Source: an uncultured Aliarcobacter sp. (GTDB taxonomy: Bacteria > Campylobacterota > Campylobacteria > Campylobacterales > Arcobacteraceae). From it: a stretch of DNA of 64,000 bases. The notes under the pieces were generated by a model. That model worked only from the letters and a program-made list of their open reading frames with translations, ran no database searches and was not told the DNA's origin. Made by a program: the position numbers and the translations under genes. Shown here piece after piece: positions 17,855 through 28,108 of the stretch (positions are counted from its first letter, which is position 1; each line of letters opens with the position of its first letter). The stretch lies in NCBI GenBank assembly GCA_963677435.1, contig OY781945.1:2880001-2944000 (forward strand), in the 5' to 3' direction.

Positions 17855-18922
17855 TTAGTTTTTATTTAAAGCACAAAGGTCAGAAAATGCAACTTCAAGT
17901 CTAAAAATCATAGCTTCTTGCCCAGCTCTTAAAAATTTTCTTGGGTCGTAGTAATTTTTATTAGGTTTATCTTCACCCTCTGGGTTTCCGATTTGACCTT
18001 GTAAATAATCATGATATTTAGCTTCATAAGCTCTAACACCATCCCACATTGCCCATTGAGTATCTGTGTCAATATTCATTTTAATAACACCATAAGAAAT
18101 AGCTTCTCTAATCTCTTCAAGTAGTGAACCTGAACCACCATGGAATACAAAATCAACAGGTTCATCTGAAGTTCCTAGTTTTTCTTGAATATACTTTTGA
18201 GAATTATCTAAAATTTTTGGACTTAATACAACATTTCCTGGTTTATAAACACCATGAACATTTCCAAAACTTGCAGCTATTGTAAAATTGCTCCCAACTT
18301 TACTTAATTCTTCATAAGCATAACAAACTTCTTCAGGTTGAGTGTAAAGTAAAGCATTATCAACATCAGAGTTGTCAACACCATCTTCTTCACCACCTGT
18401 TATTCCAAGTTCAATCTCTATCATCATATCAATAGCATTCATTTTTTTGAAATATTCAACACAAATTTCAATATTTTCTTCTAATGGCTCTTCACTTAAG
18501 TCAAGCATATGAGAAGTAAATAATGGTTTTCCTGTTTTTTCAAAATGAGCAATTCCTGCATCTAATAAACCATCAATCCAAGGCAATAATTTTTTAGCTG
18601 CATGGTCTGTGTGTAATATTACAGGAATTCCATAAGCTTCAGCCATTGTGTGAACATGATTTGCTCCACTAATTCCACCAAGGATAGCAGCATTTTCAGT
18701 TTTTAAACCTTTTCCAGCATAAAAACCTGCTCCACCATTTGAGAACTGAATTATAATTGGAGAATTAACCTTTGCTGCTACTTCTAATACAGCATTTACA
18801 GAATCAGTTCCTACAACATTTACAGCTGGAATAGCAAAATTATTCTCTTTTGCATATGCAAATAATTTTTTTGCTTCACTTCCAGATAAAACACCAGCTT
18901 TTACAACATCTAATACACCCAT
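17855..18922 (-). CDS. fbaA: Class II fructose-bisphosphate aldolase
   Basis: ILHTDHAAKK, SHMLDLSEE, FGNVHGVYKPG, FHGGSG, YYDPR. Confidence 0.97.
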   Translation of the reverse strand: MGVLDVVKAGVLSGSEAKKLFAYAKENNFAIPAVNVVGTDSVNAVLEVAAKVNSPIIIQFSNGGAGFYAGKGLKTENAAILGGISGANHVHTMAEAYGIPVILHTDHAAKKLLPWIDGLLDAGIAHFEKTGKPLFTSHMLDLSEEPLEENIEICVEYFKKMNAIDMMIEIELGITGGEEDGVDNSDVDNALLYTQPEEVCYAYEELSKVGSNFTIAASFGNVHGVYKPGNVVLSPKILDNSQKYIQEKLGTSDEPVDFVFHGGSGSLLEEIREAISYGVIKMNIDTDTQWAMWDGVRAYEAKYHDYLQGQIGNPEGEDKPNKNYYDPRKFLRAGQEAMIFRLEVAFSDLCALNKN

Positions 18923-18933
18923 CTTATATTCCC

Positions 18934-19737
18934 TTAGTTAATAACAATTTTAGCGTCTTTTTTTAGCTCATCAGTTAATTCTTTAACTTTTTTACTAAAT
19001 GCATTTCCCATTAAAATTTGTGAAATTTTAGCTTCAACTTCTGGATAAGTCAATGTTTTAGCAGCTGTTTTTTCTTTTAAGAAAATTACATGATAACCAA
19101 ATTGAGTTTTTACAGGAGTTTTAGTATAAGAATTATTTGTTAATGATTTAGCTGCAGCAGTGAATTCTGGAACTAATTTATCAGCAGGAACTTTTCCTAA
19201 ATAACCACCATTTTGAGCAGTTGAATCACCAGATTTAGCTTTTGCTAATTCAATAAATTTTTCTTCTTTTTTACTAGCTTTATCAAGTTGTTTAATAATG
19301 TCTTTTGCTTCAGCTTCAGTTTTTACTAAAATATGTCTTGATTCTAAAAGTTCAGGAATTACAAATTTTGCTTTATTTTTTTCAAAAAAATCTTTTTTGT
19401 CTTGTTCTGTAAATTTCATTTTATCAATTTCATTTTTTTGCCAAACTTGAAGTGCTAAATCTTCTTTAATTCCATTTATTGCTTCAATATATTTAGGGTC
19501 TTTTTCAATTCCCTCTTTAATTGCATTTTTTGCTATTAATTTTTTATTAACAATTTGGTCAATAACTTGTTTTTTTGCGCTGTCTGGTAAATTATCAAAA
19601 TCTATTCTTGGATCTTGTAAAACCATTGTAATATCTTGTTTTGTGATTGCTTCACCATCAATTGAACCATAATCTTTTGCATTTAAAGCTGTTACTAGAA
19701 CTAATGATGCAACTATACTTGTCACTATTTTTTTCAT
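18934..19737 (-). CDS. Periplasmic parvulin-type PPIase/chaperone (PEB4/Cbf2-like)
   Basis: Signal peptide; SRHILVKT, GGYLG, VPEF, PVKTQFGYHVI; synteny with fbaA. Confidence 0.9.
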   Translation of the reverse strand: MKKIVTSIVASLVLVTALNAKDYGSIDGEAITKQDITMVLQDPRIDFDNLPDSAKKQVIDQIVNKKLIAKNAIKEGIEKDPKYIEAINGIKEDLALQVWQKNEIDKMKFTEQDKKDFFEKNKAKFVIPELLESRHILVKTEAEAKDIIKQLDKASKKEEKFIELAKAKSGDSTAQNGGYLGKVPADKLVPEFTAAAKSLTNNSYTKTPVKTQFGYHVIFLKEKTAAKTLTYPEVEAKISQILMGNAFSKKVKELTDELKKDAKIVIN

Positions 19738-19956
19738 AATATTCCTTGGGTTTTTATATTTGTGATATTTTAGCAATTCATAGTTAATAAAGAGTTAATT
19801 TAATACTCAAAAATATCTATTTATATTCGATTATTTTTATAAAATAAATTACGAATTAATAAATTTTAAAATTTAGCTTAAAAAGGCTTTAAATTTTGAA
19901 ATTTTTATGATACAATTCCGTCCAAATTTAAATTTAACTTAAATTTAAGGAATAAT

Positions 19957-20646
19957 ATGAGAATTTTGATTATTGAAGACGAAATAACACTAAATAGAAC
20001 ACTACAAGAGGGTCTTACAGACTTCGGATATCAAGTAGATACTGCTGAAAATTATAAAGATGCAGAATACTTTATCGACATTAGAAACTACGATTTAGTT
20101 TTAACTGATTGGATGTTACCAGACGGTGACGGAATTGAACTATGTAAAATAGTAAAAAACAGAAGTTCAAGAACAGCTGTAGTTATCATTTCTGCAAGAG
20201 ATGATAAAGAATCAGAAATTGAAGCACTAAAATCAGGTGCAGATGATTTTATTAAAAAACCATTTGATTTTGATATTTTATTAGCTAGAATTGAAGCAAG
20301 ACTTAGATTTGGTGGAACTAACATCATTGAAATTGATGATTTAATCATTAATCCTGATGAAGAAAAAATTGAATACGCAGGTGTAGAAATTGAACTTAAA
20401 GGTAAACCTTTTGAAGTTTTAACACACTTAGCAAGACATAGAGATCAAATTGTTTCAAAAGAACAACTACTTGACGCAATTTGGGAAGAACCAGAATTAG
20501 TTACTCCAAATGTAATTGAAGTTGCAATTAATCAAATTAGACAAAAAATGGATAAACCATTAAATATCTCTACTATTGAAACAATTAGAAGAAGAGGTTA
20601 TAGATTCTGTTATCCTAATACAATAGAAGATACAAAAGCTAAATAA
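19957..20646 (+). CDS. cosR: OmpR-family response regulator, CosR/HsrA (HP1043) type
   Basis: AEYFIDIRNYDLVL, ELKGKPFEVLTHLARHRDQIVSKEQLLDAIWEEPELVTPNVIEVAINQIRQKMDKPL. Confidence 0.85.
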   Translation: MRILIIEDEITLNRTLQEGLTDFGYQVDTAENYKDAEYFIDIRNYDLVLTDWMLPDGDGIELCKIVKNRSSRTAVVIISARDDKESEIEALKSGADDFIKKPFDFDILLARIEARLRFGGTNIIEIDDLIINPDEEKIEYAGVEIELKGKPFEVLTHLARHRDQIVSKEQLLDAIWEEPELVTPNVIEVAINQIRQKMDKPLNISTIETIRRRGYRFCYPNTIEDTKAK

Positions 20647-20662
20647 TTAGCTGATTAAAAAG

Positions 20663-21943
20663 ATGGAAAGCAAAAGTATATATAGACAGTTTTATAGCAA
20701 ACTGATTATAGCTACCTCGCTTTTTATCATAACGCTTTCATTTATATTTTATGAATATGCAAGAAGCACTGTTTATGATGATATACAAAAAAACATGCTA
20801 AGCCACGCCGAAGAACTTTACAAATCTTCAATTTCCTCAAATAGTTTTAATCCTGTTCAAAATGAAAATATCACTATAAATTTAATACATAATATTCAAT
20901 TAAAAACTTTTAAATTTTTGAATTATCAAAAACAAGGTGATTATTATATAAAACTACTTTATCCTTTTGATTTAAAGAATAAAACATTTTTAGAAATTGA
21001 TAAAAATGTTAGTTTTGAGAGAGAACTTTTGTATTCTGTTATATTTAAAAACCTATTTATTTTAGCAATCCCTGGTTTTATTTTAATGCTTATTTACTCG
21101 TTAGTTGTTTCAAAATCTTTGTTAAAGCCCATAATTCAAATTAATAAAAAATTATCAAATATGGATGAAAATTCTTTAACTCAAATTGATAAAAAAGATT
21201 TACCAATAGAGTTTCATTCCCTTGCAAACTCTATCAATTCATTAACAAATAGAATTGAAACCTATGTAAAATTCAAAAAAGAACTATTTGTGGGAGCTGC
21301 CCATGAACTTAAAACTCCACTTGCAGTAATGAAATTAAAAAATGAAGTTACTCTAAAGAAAAAAAGAGAGATTGAACAATATGAAGAAGCTTTAAAACTA
21401 ACTGTAAAACAAATAGATGAGATGAATAAAACTATCTCTTCAATTTTAGATATAGGAAGAACTGAAGGAGCTCAGTTTGAACAAACTATTAATCTTGATT
21501 TAGTTGAATATATCAAGAAAAAAACCAATGATTATAGAATGTTAAGTGCTCAAAAAAATATTGTTATCACATTCTTTTCAAATGTTAATCATTTAGAAAC
21601 TTCTATTCAATTAACACTACTTAATCAGATATTACAGAATTTTGTTCAAAATGCAATAAAGTTTACTCCAAATGAAAAATCAATTGCAATAAAATTAAAA
21701 AAAACTAAAGAAAAAATAATTATAACCGTAACAGATGAAGGTATTGGAATAAAAGAAGATGTGGATTTATTTGCACCTTTTAAAAGAATAGGAAATCAAA
21801 GTGGAGTTGGATTAGGATTATTTTTAGCAAAAAATGCAGCTGATGCGTTAAGAGCTAAAATATCAATTGAAAATAGAGCTGATGATAAAACAGGATGTAT
21901 TGCTAAACTTGTGCTTAACAATACATCAAAAGAGTTAAATTAA
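20663..21943 (+). CDS. Sensor histidine kinase (CosS-like)
   Basis: Two TM segments, HAMP, H-box AHELKTPL, N-box QNAIKF, DEGIG, GVGLGL. Confidence 0.92.
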   Translation: MESKSIYRQFYSKLIIATSLFIITLSFIFYEYARSTVYDDIQKNMLSHAEELYKSSISSNSFNPVQNENITINLIHNIQLKTFKFLNYQKQGDYYIKLLYPFDLKNKTFLEIDKNVSFERELLYSVIFKNLFILAIPGFILMLIYSLVVSKSLLKPIIQINKKLSNMDENSLTQIDKKDLPIEFHSLANSINSLTNRIETYVKFKKELFVGAAHELKTPLAVMKLKNEVTLKKKREIEQYEEALKLTVKQIDEMNKTISSILDIGRTEGAQFEQTINLDLVEYIKKKTNDYRMLSAQKNIVITFFSNVNHLETSIQLTLLNQILQNFVQNAIKFTPNEKSIAIKLKKTKEKIIITVTDEGIGIKEDVDLFAPFKRIGNQSGVGLGLFLAKNAADALRAKISIENRADDKTGCIAKLVLNNTSKELN

Positions 21944-22368
21944 AATAGATTTCTATGTTCTATTTTAGTACATTTATTCTGTACTACTTTTAAACCAGCC
22001 TCTTTTGCCTTTTCTGCTGCTTCATTATTTACAAGACCTAATTGTGTCCAAACTGTATCAACATCACCTCTTGATATTGCTTCATCAATAATTTCAGCTA
22101 TTGCATCTGGTTTCCTAAAAATATCAACCATATCAATTTTGAATGGAATTTCTGAAATAGTTCTATAAACTTTTTCACCCAAAATCATATCTTCTTTTGG
22201 ATAAACAGGAACAACTTTAAATCCTGCACTTTGTAAATAAGCAGCTACCATATTAGAAGCTTTTGAGGGATCTGGTGAAAGTCCAGCTATTGCTATAGTT
22301 TTTGTATTTTTAAAAATTTCAATTATTTCTTCACTTTTTGAGTTTACTGTAGGGAATTCGCAATCCAT
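21940..22368 (-). CDS. CoA-binding protein (YccU-like)
   Basis: TIAIAGLS, VVPVYP, DMVDIFRK, VWTQLG. Confidence 0.88.
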   Translation of the reverse strand: MDCEFPTVNSKSEEIIEIFKNTKTIAIAGLSPDPSKASNMVAAYLQSAGFKVVPVYPKEDMILGEKVYRTISEIPFKIDMVDIFRKPDAIAEIIDEAISRGDVDTVWTQLGLVNNEAAEKAKEAGLKVVQNKCTKIEHRNLF

Positions 22369-22436
22369 TTTATATCCTTAATTTTAATTGTTTATTATAA
22401 ATAAATTATTTAAAAGTATACTAAAAAGAAGATAAA

Positions 22437-23483
22437 CTAGATTTTATCTAGCTTATCTTGCATATAAGTTCTAACTTCACAATAATCAATAACTTCTTTG
22501 AAGTCATCAAATTTTCCACCACTTGCATTAACATGTCCGCCACCATTTGCTAGTTTTGAGGCCAATAATGCAACATCGACTTTTCCATCAGCTCTAAAAG
22601 AAGCATTACCTTTTTTATTCACATCAATAAAAAAATCATACTCAGGATTTGCTCGTAAAAAAGCATTTGCAGGAATAGAAATTGAGCCTAAACAATAAGT
22701 TAAAAGACCTTTATGACCTTTGTAAGTAACTGTTAAATCATTTTTTACATCAACTAAAGTTTTTACAAGATAAGTAGCTGATAAATTATCTAAAGTATCA
22801 TCTTTGTCACTTAATTTTAAAAAATCTTTTTTTATAAAGTGCACATCATTATCTAATTTTATATAACCATCAACCATATCAAGATATTTTGCTGCTTCTT
22901 TTAGTAAATAACATCTAAAATCTCTATTTAAATCTGCAAATAAAATATTATTAATTTCTCGCACTTTACTAATCATAGACATTAAAACTTTACCAAACTC
23001 AAAATTCTTAACTTCATGTTCAAGCCATATATCAACAGCATTTATTGAATCTACTAAAGGTTTTAGCCAATCACTTGTATTACTATCAAAACCTTCATAC
23101 TCTTCAAATATATAATCATAAACTATTTTTGTAGCACATCTTTTATCATCTAAATAATACCAATCAAAAGTTTCTGAACTCTTTTTGCCACTAATATGGT
23201 GATCTAAAACTTGAAGTTTTATTTTAAATCCATCTTTTATTAGATCATTCACATCTTTATCTAAATCTTTAGATTCTTGAAAATTAAGATTTAAATCACT
23301 AATTAAAATAAAGATTTCATCTTCTTTATATTCAAGAATTTGCTCTAACACTTTTTTTATAGATAATTTTACTTCAACTCCATAATTAGCATTATAAAAG
23401 AAACCCTCTTTAAAATACTCTTTAGTGACTAATTGACATCCGTATCCATCTAAATCCGTATGAGAAATATGGAACAACTTCAT
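22437..23483 (-). CDS. DHH-family phosphoesterase (oligoribonuclease-like)
   Basis: SHTDLDG, ISDL, LDHH, GGGHVNASG. Confidence 0.85.
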   Translation of the reverse strand: MKLFHISHTDLDGYGCQLVTKEYFKEGFFYNANYGVEVKLSIKKVLEQILEYKEDEIFILISDLNLNFQESKDLDKDVNDLIKDGFKIKLQVLDHHISGKKSSETFDWYYLDDKRCATKIVYDYIFEEYEGFDSNTSDWLKPLVDSINAVDIWLEHEVKNFEFGKVLMSMISKVREINNILFADLNRDFRCYLLKEAAKYLDMVDGYIKLDNDVHFIKKDFLKLSDKDDTLDNLSATYLVKTLVDVKNDLTVTYKGHKGLLTYCLGSISIPANAFLRANPEYDFFIDVNKKGNASFRADGKVDVALLASKLANGGGHVNASGGKFDDFKEVIDYCEVRTYMQDKLDKI

Positions 23484-23881
23484 TAAGCTATGTCTTTTAA
23501 TGTTAATTTTTCTAAAAAATCATTTATTTTTAGTTGTAAATTATTTAATAAAGGCCAAATAGTACAAAGGGATGCAAGTTGATTTGGACAATTATCCATT
23601 GAAGGGGAGCATTCAAAAACTGATGGTAATTTCTCTTCAGCAGCAACTACAATTTCTAAAATAGTAATTAATTCCCATGATTTATTTAAAGCAAATCCAC
23701 CATTTACACCTCTATGAGATATAACTAAATTGTGTTTTGCTAAATTTTGCATGATTTTTGCTAAAAATGATTTTGATATATTTAATTCTCTTGATAACTC
23801 ATCTACATTCTTTGCCTCATCACTTTTTGCAATGGCAATTAAAGACAGTAGTGCGTATTCACTCTTTTTTGTTAATAACAT
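23483..23881 (-). CDS. Rrf2-family transcriptional regulator with three Cys
   Basis: MLLTKKSEYAL, SFLAKIMQNL, SHRGVNGGF, ECSPSMDNCPNQLASLC. Confidence 0.9.
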   Translation of the reverse strand: MLLTKKSEYALLSLIAIAKSDEAKNVDELSRELNISKSFLAKIMQNLAKHNLVISHRGVNGGFALNKSWELITILEIVVAAEEKLPSVFECSPSMDNCPNQLASLCTIWPLLNNLQLKINDFLEKLTLKDIA

Positions 23882-23968
23882 ATTATAAATTTCCAATATT
23901 TTTTGTTTATTCTACAAGAACTATTATTAATATTCGTTATTAAAATTAATCAATTCAAATATTTAAAC

Positions 23969-24007
23969 AAAAAAAAAGGGTTGCAGCATTGCTACAACCC
24001 TTTTTTT
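23969..24007 (-). terminator. Terminator downstream of rpsO
   Basis: A-tract, gggttgcagc-att-gctacaaccc, T-tract. Confidence 0.8.
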
Positions 24008-24023
24008 CGTAATAAAACTTAAA

Positions 24024-24296
24024 TTATTTAGCTCTAATTCCTAAAGAAGCAACTAACTCAACAAATGAAGCATAGTTTGTTCTTCTTAAATATGCTAGTA
24101 ATCTTTTTCTTTTACCAACCATTTTTAATAGACCTAATCTTGATGAGTGGTCTTTTTTGAAAACTTTTAAGTGTTCTGTTAATATTTTAATTTGCTCTGT
24201 TAATAAAGCAATTTGAACTTCTGATGAACCTGTATCACCATCTTTTTTACCGTATTTTGCTGCTATAGCTGCTTTTACTTCCTGATCTAAAGCCAT
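24024..24296 (-). CDS. rpsO: 30S ribosomal protein S15
   Basis: [42 protein letters not shown]. Confidence 0.98.
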   Translation of the reverse strand: MALDQEVKAAIAAKYGKKDGDTGSSEVQIALLTEQIKILTEHLKVFKKDHSSRLGLLKMVGKRKRLLAYLRRTNYASFVELVASLGIRAK

Positions 24297-24394
24297 GTTG
24301 ACCTCCTAATAGGTATATATTAATTTATTCATTTACAATAAATGAGCGCGAATTATATTTAAATATTACTTCAATCTAAATTAAATAAGAGTTC

Positions 24395-25366
24395 TCATCC
24401 ACCTGTTTCATAAAAAGCTCTAGTTGAAATTTTATTATCATCTTTTGTTGACCATTTATTTTTTTCTGGTTTATTTTCTAAGACTTTTTTTAAAATAGCA
24501 ACTGCTTCATCTATTTTATTATTTCTAACTGAATCTTTGATACTCATTGCATCTTCAAAATATAAACATGGAATTAAAAAACCCTCAGCTGTTAATCTAA
24601 TTCTATTACATTGAGCACAAAAATCATCTTTATGTGGTTCAATTATTCCAAACTGATATCCATCTTCTAACTCATAATATTGTGCAGGTGAGCTAGTATC
24701 TCTAGGAACTGTTTTAAAGTTGGGATATTTTGTAGCAACAATTGCTTTTATTTCATTAGAATTTAATCCTTTTGCACCGTCTTTTGCATGATTGTTTTCC
24801 ATAAATTCTATAAATCTAATAACATAATTTTTGTTTTTACAAAACTCTAAAACATCTAAAATATCATTTTCATTTATTCCTTTTATGGGAACGCAATTTA
24901 TTTTGATTTTTAATCCTGCATCATCTGCTGCTTGTATTCCTTTTAATACTGTTGGTAATACATCTTTTTGAGCAATTTTTGCAGCAGTTGCTGGATTTAA
25001 ACTATCTAAAGAGATATTTATCCTTTTTAAACCTGCATCTTTTAACTTTTGTGCAGCTTTTGGAAGTAAAAAGCCATTTGTTGTTAGTGCTAAATCTATA
25101 TCATTTTTATAATCATATATCATTTTTACAAATTGATCTAAGCCCTCTCTTAAAAGTGGCTCACCACCGGTTATTCTTACTTTTTTTATTCCCTCATCTA
25201 TTGCTGCTTTTATAAATTTAAATAAATCTTCATAAGAGAGTAAATTCTCCTTTGGGACCCAAGAAAAAGGTTTTTCAGGCATACAATAATGACATCTAAA
25301 ATTACATCTTTCAGTTACAGAAACTCTTAGATAATCATGTTTTCTTCCAAATCCATCTATTAACAT
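24395..25366 (-). CDS. moaA: GTP 3',8-cyclase (molybdenum cofactor biosynthesis)
   Basis: [31 protein letters not shown]-terminal GG. Confidence 0.96.
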   Translation of the reverse strand: MLIDGFGRKHDYLRVSVTERCNFRCHYCMPEKPFSWVPKENLLSYEDLFKFIKAAIDEGIKKVRITGGEPLLREGLDQFVKMIYDYKNDIDLALTTNGFLLPKAAQKLKDAGLKRINISLDSLNPATAAKIAQKDVLPTVLKGIQAADDAGLKIKINCVPIKGINENDILDVLEFCKNKNYVIRFIEFMENNHAKDGAKGLNSNEIKAIVATKYPNFKTVPRDTSSPAQYYELEDGYQFGIIEPHKDDFCAQCNRIRLTAEGFLIPCLYFEDAMSIKDSVRNNKIDEAVAILKKVLENKPEKNKWSTKDDNKISTRAFYETGG

Positions 25367-25388
25367 TTTTTACCTTTTTTATTTTTTC

Positions 25389-26306
25389 CTAATTTAATCT
25401 TTGCCATGCTTCATCTAATGATGTCACTCTATTTGAGAATAATAAATATAAAGCCACATTAAATTTTGCAAGTTTTAAGATATTTTCATCTGGATTTTTA
25501 ACTATATTTAAAGACTCTTCTAAAGAGATGTTTTCATACTCTTTATCATAAACTATTCCATAATCTTTTAATGAAAAACTCTCTTCAACTATAATTCCAT
25601 CTTTCATTTTCCAATATTTTCCATCTTTAAATACTTCAGGACTTCCCTCACTAGCTTTCACAACTACTATTTCTTTAAAATATTCAGCAAAAATATCTAA
25701 ATATTTTTGTACATATGGTTTATGAAATGCTGTTGTCACACCATATTCACTAAGACTTGGATTTAAAAGTTTTTCAACTGTATTAAATGCAGTTCTTAAA
25801 CCTAATTCATGTCTAAGAGGAGTCATATCACTTAACTCTTTTAAGTATTCTACCCTATCAAAAAAATGTAAGTATTGACTTGCATCAATATTTGCAAAAA
25901 TCTCTTTTGTTGTAAGTCCATTTTTTGCAGGTTGTAAAAAATCACCTGAGATAACTAGATTTAATTTTCTTATATCACTATTTTTTGCATAAAATTCTTC
26001 TAATATCTTTCCAAATAATGGAAATAAAAATGGATTATCACATCTTCCATCAAATGAATATCCAAGTTCAATTGAGTCTTCAATTTTTTGAAATTTCATA
26101 AATTTTCTTAAAGCTTTTATACAGCCTTTTAATTCATCATTTGATTCTAGTTTTGTTCTCCAACCTATCAAAAAAGCACCAATTTGAGCAGGTGTTACTT
26201 TATTTAATAATATTTGTTCAACTGCATCTGCTGTTTCATCTACACTTAAATCTCTATTTCCTTTAGGACCTGTTCCTACTGCTTTTATATATTTTTTAAA
26301 ACTCAT
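25389..26306 (-). CDS. Glycosyltransferase family 3 / YbiB-like (TrpD2) protein
   Basis: YIKAVGTGPKGNRDLS, AQIGAFLIGWR, LRHELGLRTAFNTVEKLLNP, FHKPY; start set to MSFKK. Confidence 0.7.
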   Translation of the reverse strand: MSFKKYIKAVGTGPKGNRDLSVDETADAVEQILLNKVTPAQIGAFLIGWRTKLESNDELKGCIKALRKFMKFQKIEDSIELGYSFDGRCDNPFLFPLFGKILEEFYAKNSDIRKLNLVISGDFLQPAKNGLTTKEIFANIDASQYLHFFDRVEYLKELSDMTPLRHELGLRTAFNTVEKLLNPSLSEYGVTTAFHKPYVQKYLDIFAEYFKEIVVVKASEGSPEVFKDGKYWKMKDGIIVEESFSLKDYGIVYDKEYENISLEESLNIVKNPDENILKLAKFNVALYLLFSNRVTSLDEAWQRLN

Positions 26307-26391
26307 TATAAACCTTATTTTATATCTTTTAATTTGTATTTGTACAAGCATAATATACAATAGCTTAAATAAAACCATAAGAAAGGTTCAT

Positions 26392-27057
26392 GTGACATTA
26401 CAAGATACTATTAGAAAAATAAGTTTTTTTAATACCTTAAATGATGAACAAATTGAATTAATTGCTTCCATTTCAAATGTATCAAAATATTCAAGTAACT
26501 CTATTTTATATTATGAAAGTGAAGTTAGCAAAAATTTACTTTTTTTAGTTGAAGGACTTATCAAAGTTTATAAACTTGATAAGTTTGATAATGAAATATT
26601 TTTATATCATATTTATAAAAATTCAATGATTAGTGAACTAACTTCAATGAACAATAATGATATTTATTGTTTTTCAAACACTGAATTTATTGATGATTCA
26701 ATCATTTTATCCATAGATTTTGAGAAATTTAAAGAGCTTTTTTTATCAAAAAATATTTTAACGATGGAACTATTAGAAATATTATTAACAAAAACTCACC
26801 AATTACAATGTATAGTAAATAGAGAATTGGTTTTTGATGCAACAGCAAAAGTTGCATTTATGTTAAATCAAGACCTAGAAATGTTTAATAAACTAAAAAG
26901 ACAAGAAGTCTCTTTTATGTTACATATTCAACCAGAAACTTTATCAAGAGTTTTAAAAAGATTAACAAGAGATGGAACTATTCATATAGAAAATAGTGAA
27001 GTAATAATAACTAATAAAGAAAATTTAATCTCAATTTTTAAAGGAATTGGAGTATGA
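26392..27057 (+). CDS. Crp/Fnr-family transcriptional regulator (Nss/Dnr-like, no FNR Cys cluster)
   Basis: cNMP-binding-like domain (LVEGLIKVYK); HTH LHIQPETLSRVLKRL. Confidence 0.88.
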   Translation: MTLQDTIRKISFFNTLNDEQIELIASISNVSKYSSNSILYYESEVSKNLLFLVEGLIKVYKLDKFDNEIFLYHIYKNSMISELTSMNNNDIYCFSNTEFIDDSIILSIDFEKFKELFLSKNILTMELLEILLTKTHQLQCIVNRELVFDATAKVAFMLNQDLEMFNKLKRQEVSFMLHIQPETLSRVLKRLTRDGTIHIENSEVIITNKENLISIFKGIGV

Positions 27058-28052
27058 AACAAAATACAATTAGTACAAAAATAAAATTCATTGGAATTCT
27101 ATTTATAGTTTTAATGGCAAGTATAATTGCTACAACTATATATTTAAATGAAAAAAATAAAAAAGATGCCTTGATTATAAATATTGCTGGAAAACAAAGA
27201 ATGTTAACTCAAAATATTTCTAAAAATATTTTTTATATATATCATAATAAAAATAGTTCTTATTGGGAACTTGATACTTCAACTATTGAATTTATCTATA
27301 ATTTAAATTCTTTAAAAGATGGAAATTCACTTATTGGTATTTCAAAAGCACCTACAGATGAGATTGAAAAACAAATTTCTAAAGTTGAAATCTTATGGAA
27401 TAATTTTCATAAAAACATAGTTGATTTTAAAGAAATTATTCAAAATAATGATAAAGACAATGATTTAGCATTAAAAAATATTGTAAATTCTATCCATGAT
27501 ACAAATACTATTTTATTAACACAAGTTGATAGTCTAGTTTCTATGTACACAACATATAGCGAACAAAAAACTGATTTTATAAGATATATTCAATATCTTT
27601 TTGCCTTATTTATTATGATTTTAGTTTTTTATAGTTTTTTACAATTAAAAGCAATGGAAGAAAATGTAAAAAAATTTTTCGATGAATCAAAAAAAATCAT
27701 GGAAGATGATTCTAATGAACCACTAACTCCCATAAAAATTGAAGCTGAAAAAGAGATAGTTGAAGCAACTGATACCATAAATTGTTTTATAGATAAAATA
27801 AATGCAGCAATGACTTATTCCTCAAATGCAATAGAACAATCAAACAATGCTTCAACCAAACTTGAAGAAATCACCGAAGAGTTTGATAAAATAATTGATG
27901 AGCTTACAAATTCAGCTGATATTTCTAAACAATTAAATAAGAGCGAAGATATAGTAATTCAATCCCAAGAAAATCTTATGAACTCTACAAAAAAACTTCA
28001 AGAATTAAAAAATGAGCTAGATAAACTTATGAATTCTTGTAAAACTAAGTAG
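27054..28052 (+). CDS. Membrane protein with a NarX-like periplasmic sensor domain and a short coiled-coil tail
   Basis: TM1, P-box-like DALIINIAGKQRMLTQ, TM2, then coiled coil; no H-box or MCP signalling motif. Confidence 0.75.
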   Translation: MKQNTISTKIKFIGILFIVLMASIIATTIYLNEKNKKDALIINIAGKQRMLTQNISKNIFYIYHNKNSSYWELDTSTIEFIYNLNSLKDGNSLIGISKAPTDEIEKQISKVEILWNNFHKNIVDFKEIIQNNDKDNDLALKNIVNSIHDTNTILLTQVDSLVSMYTTYSEQKTDFIRYIQYLFALFIMILVFYSFLQLKAMEENVKKFFDESKKIMEDDSNEPLTPIKIEAEKEIVEATDTINCFIDKINAAMTYSSNAIEQSNNASTKLEEITEEFDKIIDELTNSADISKQLNKSEDIVIQSQENLMNSTKKLQELKNELDKLMNSCKTK

Positions 28053-28108
28053 TTTTTCTTGATTTTTTACTATAATTCAAAAAATAATTTTCATGGGGTA
28101 AAGTAATT

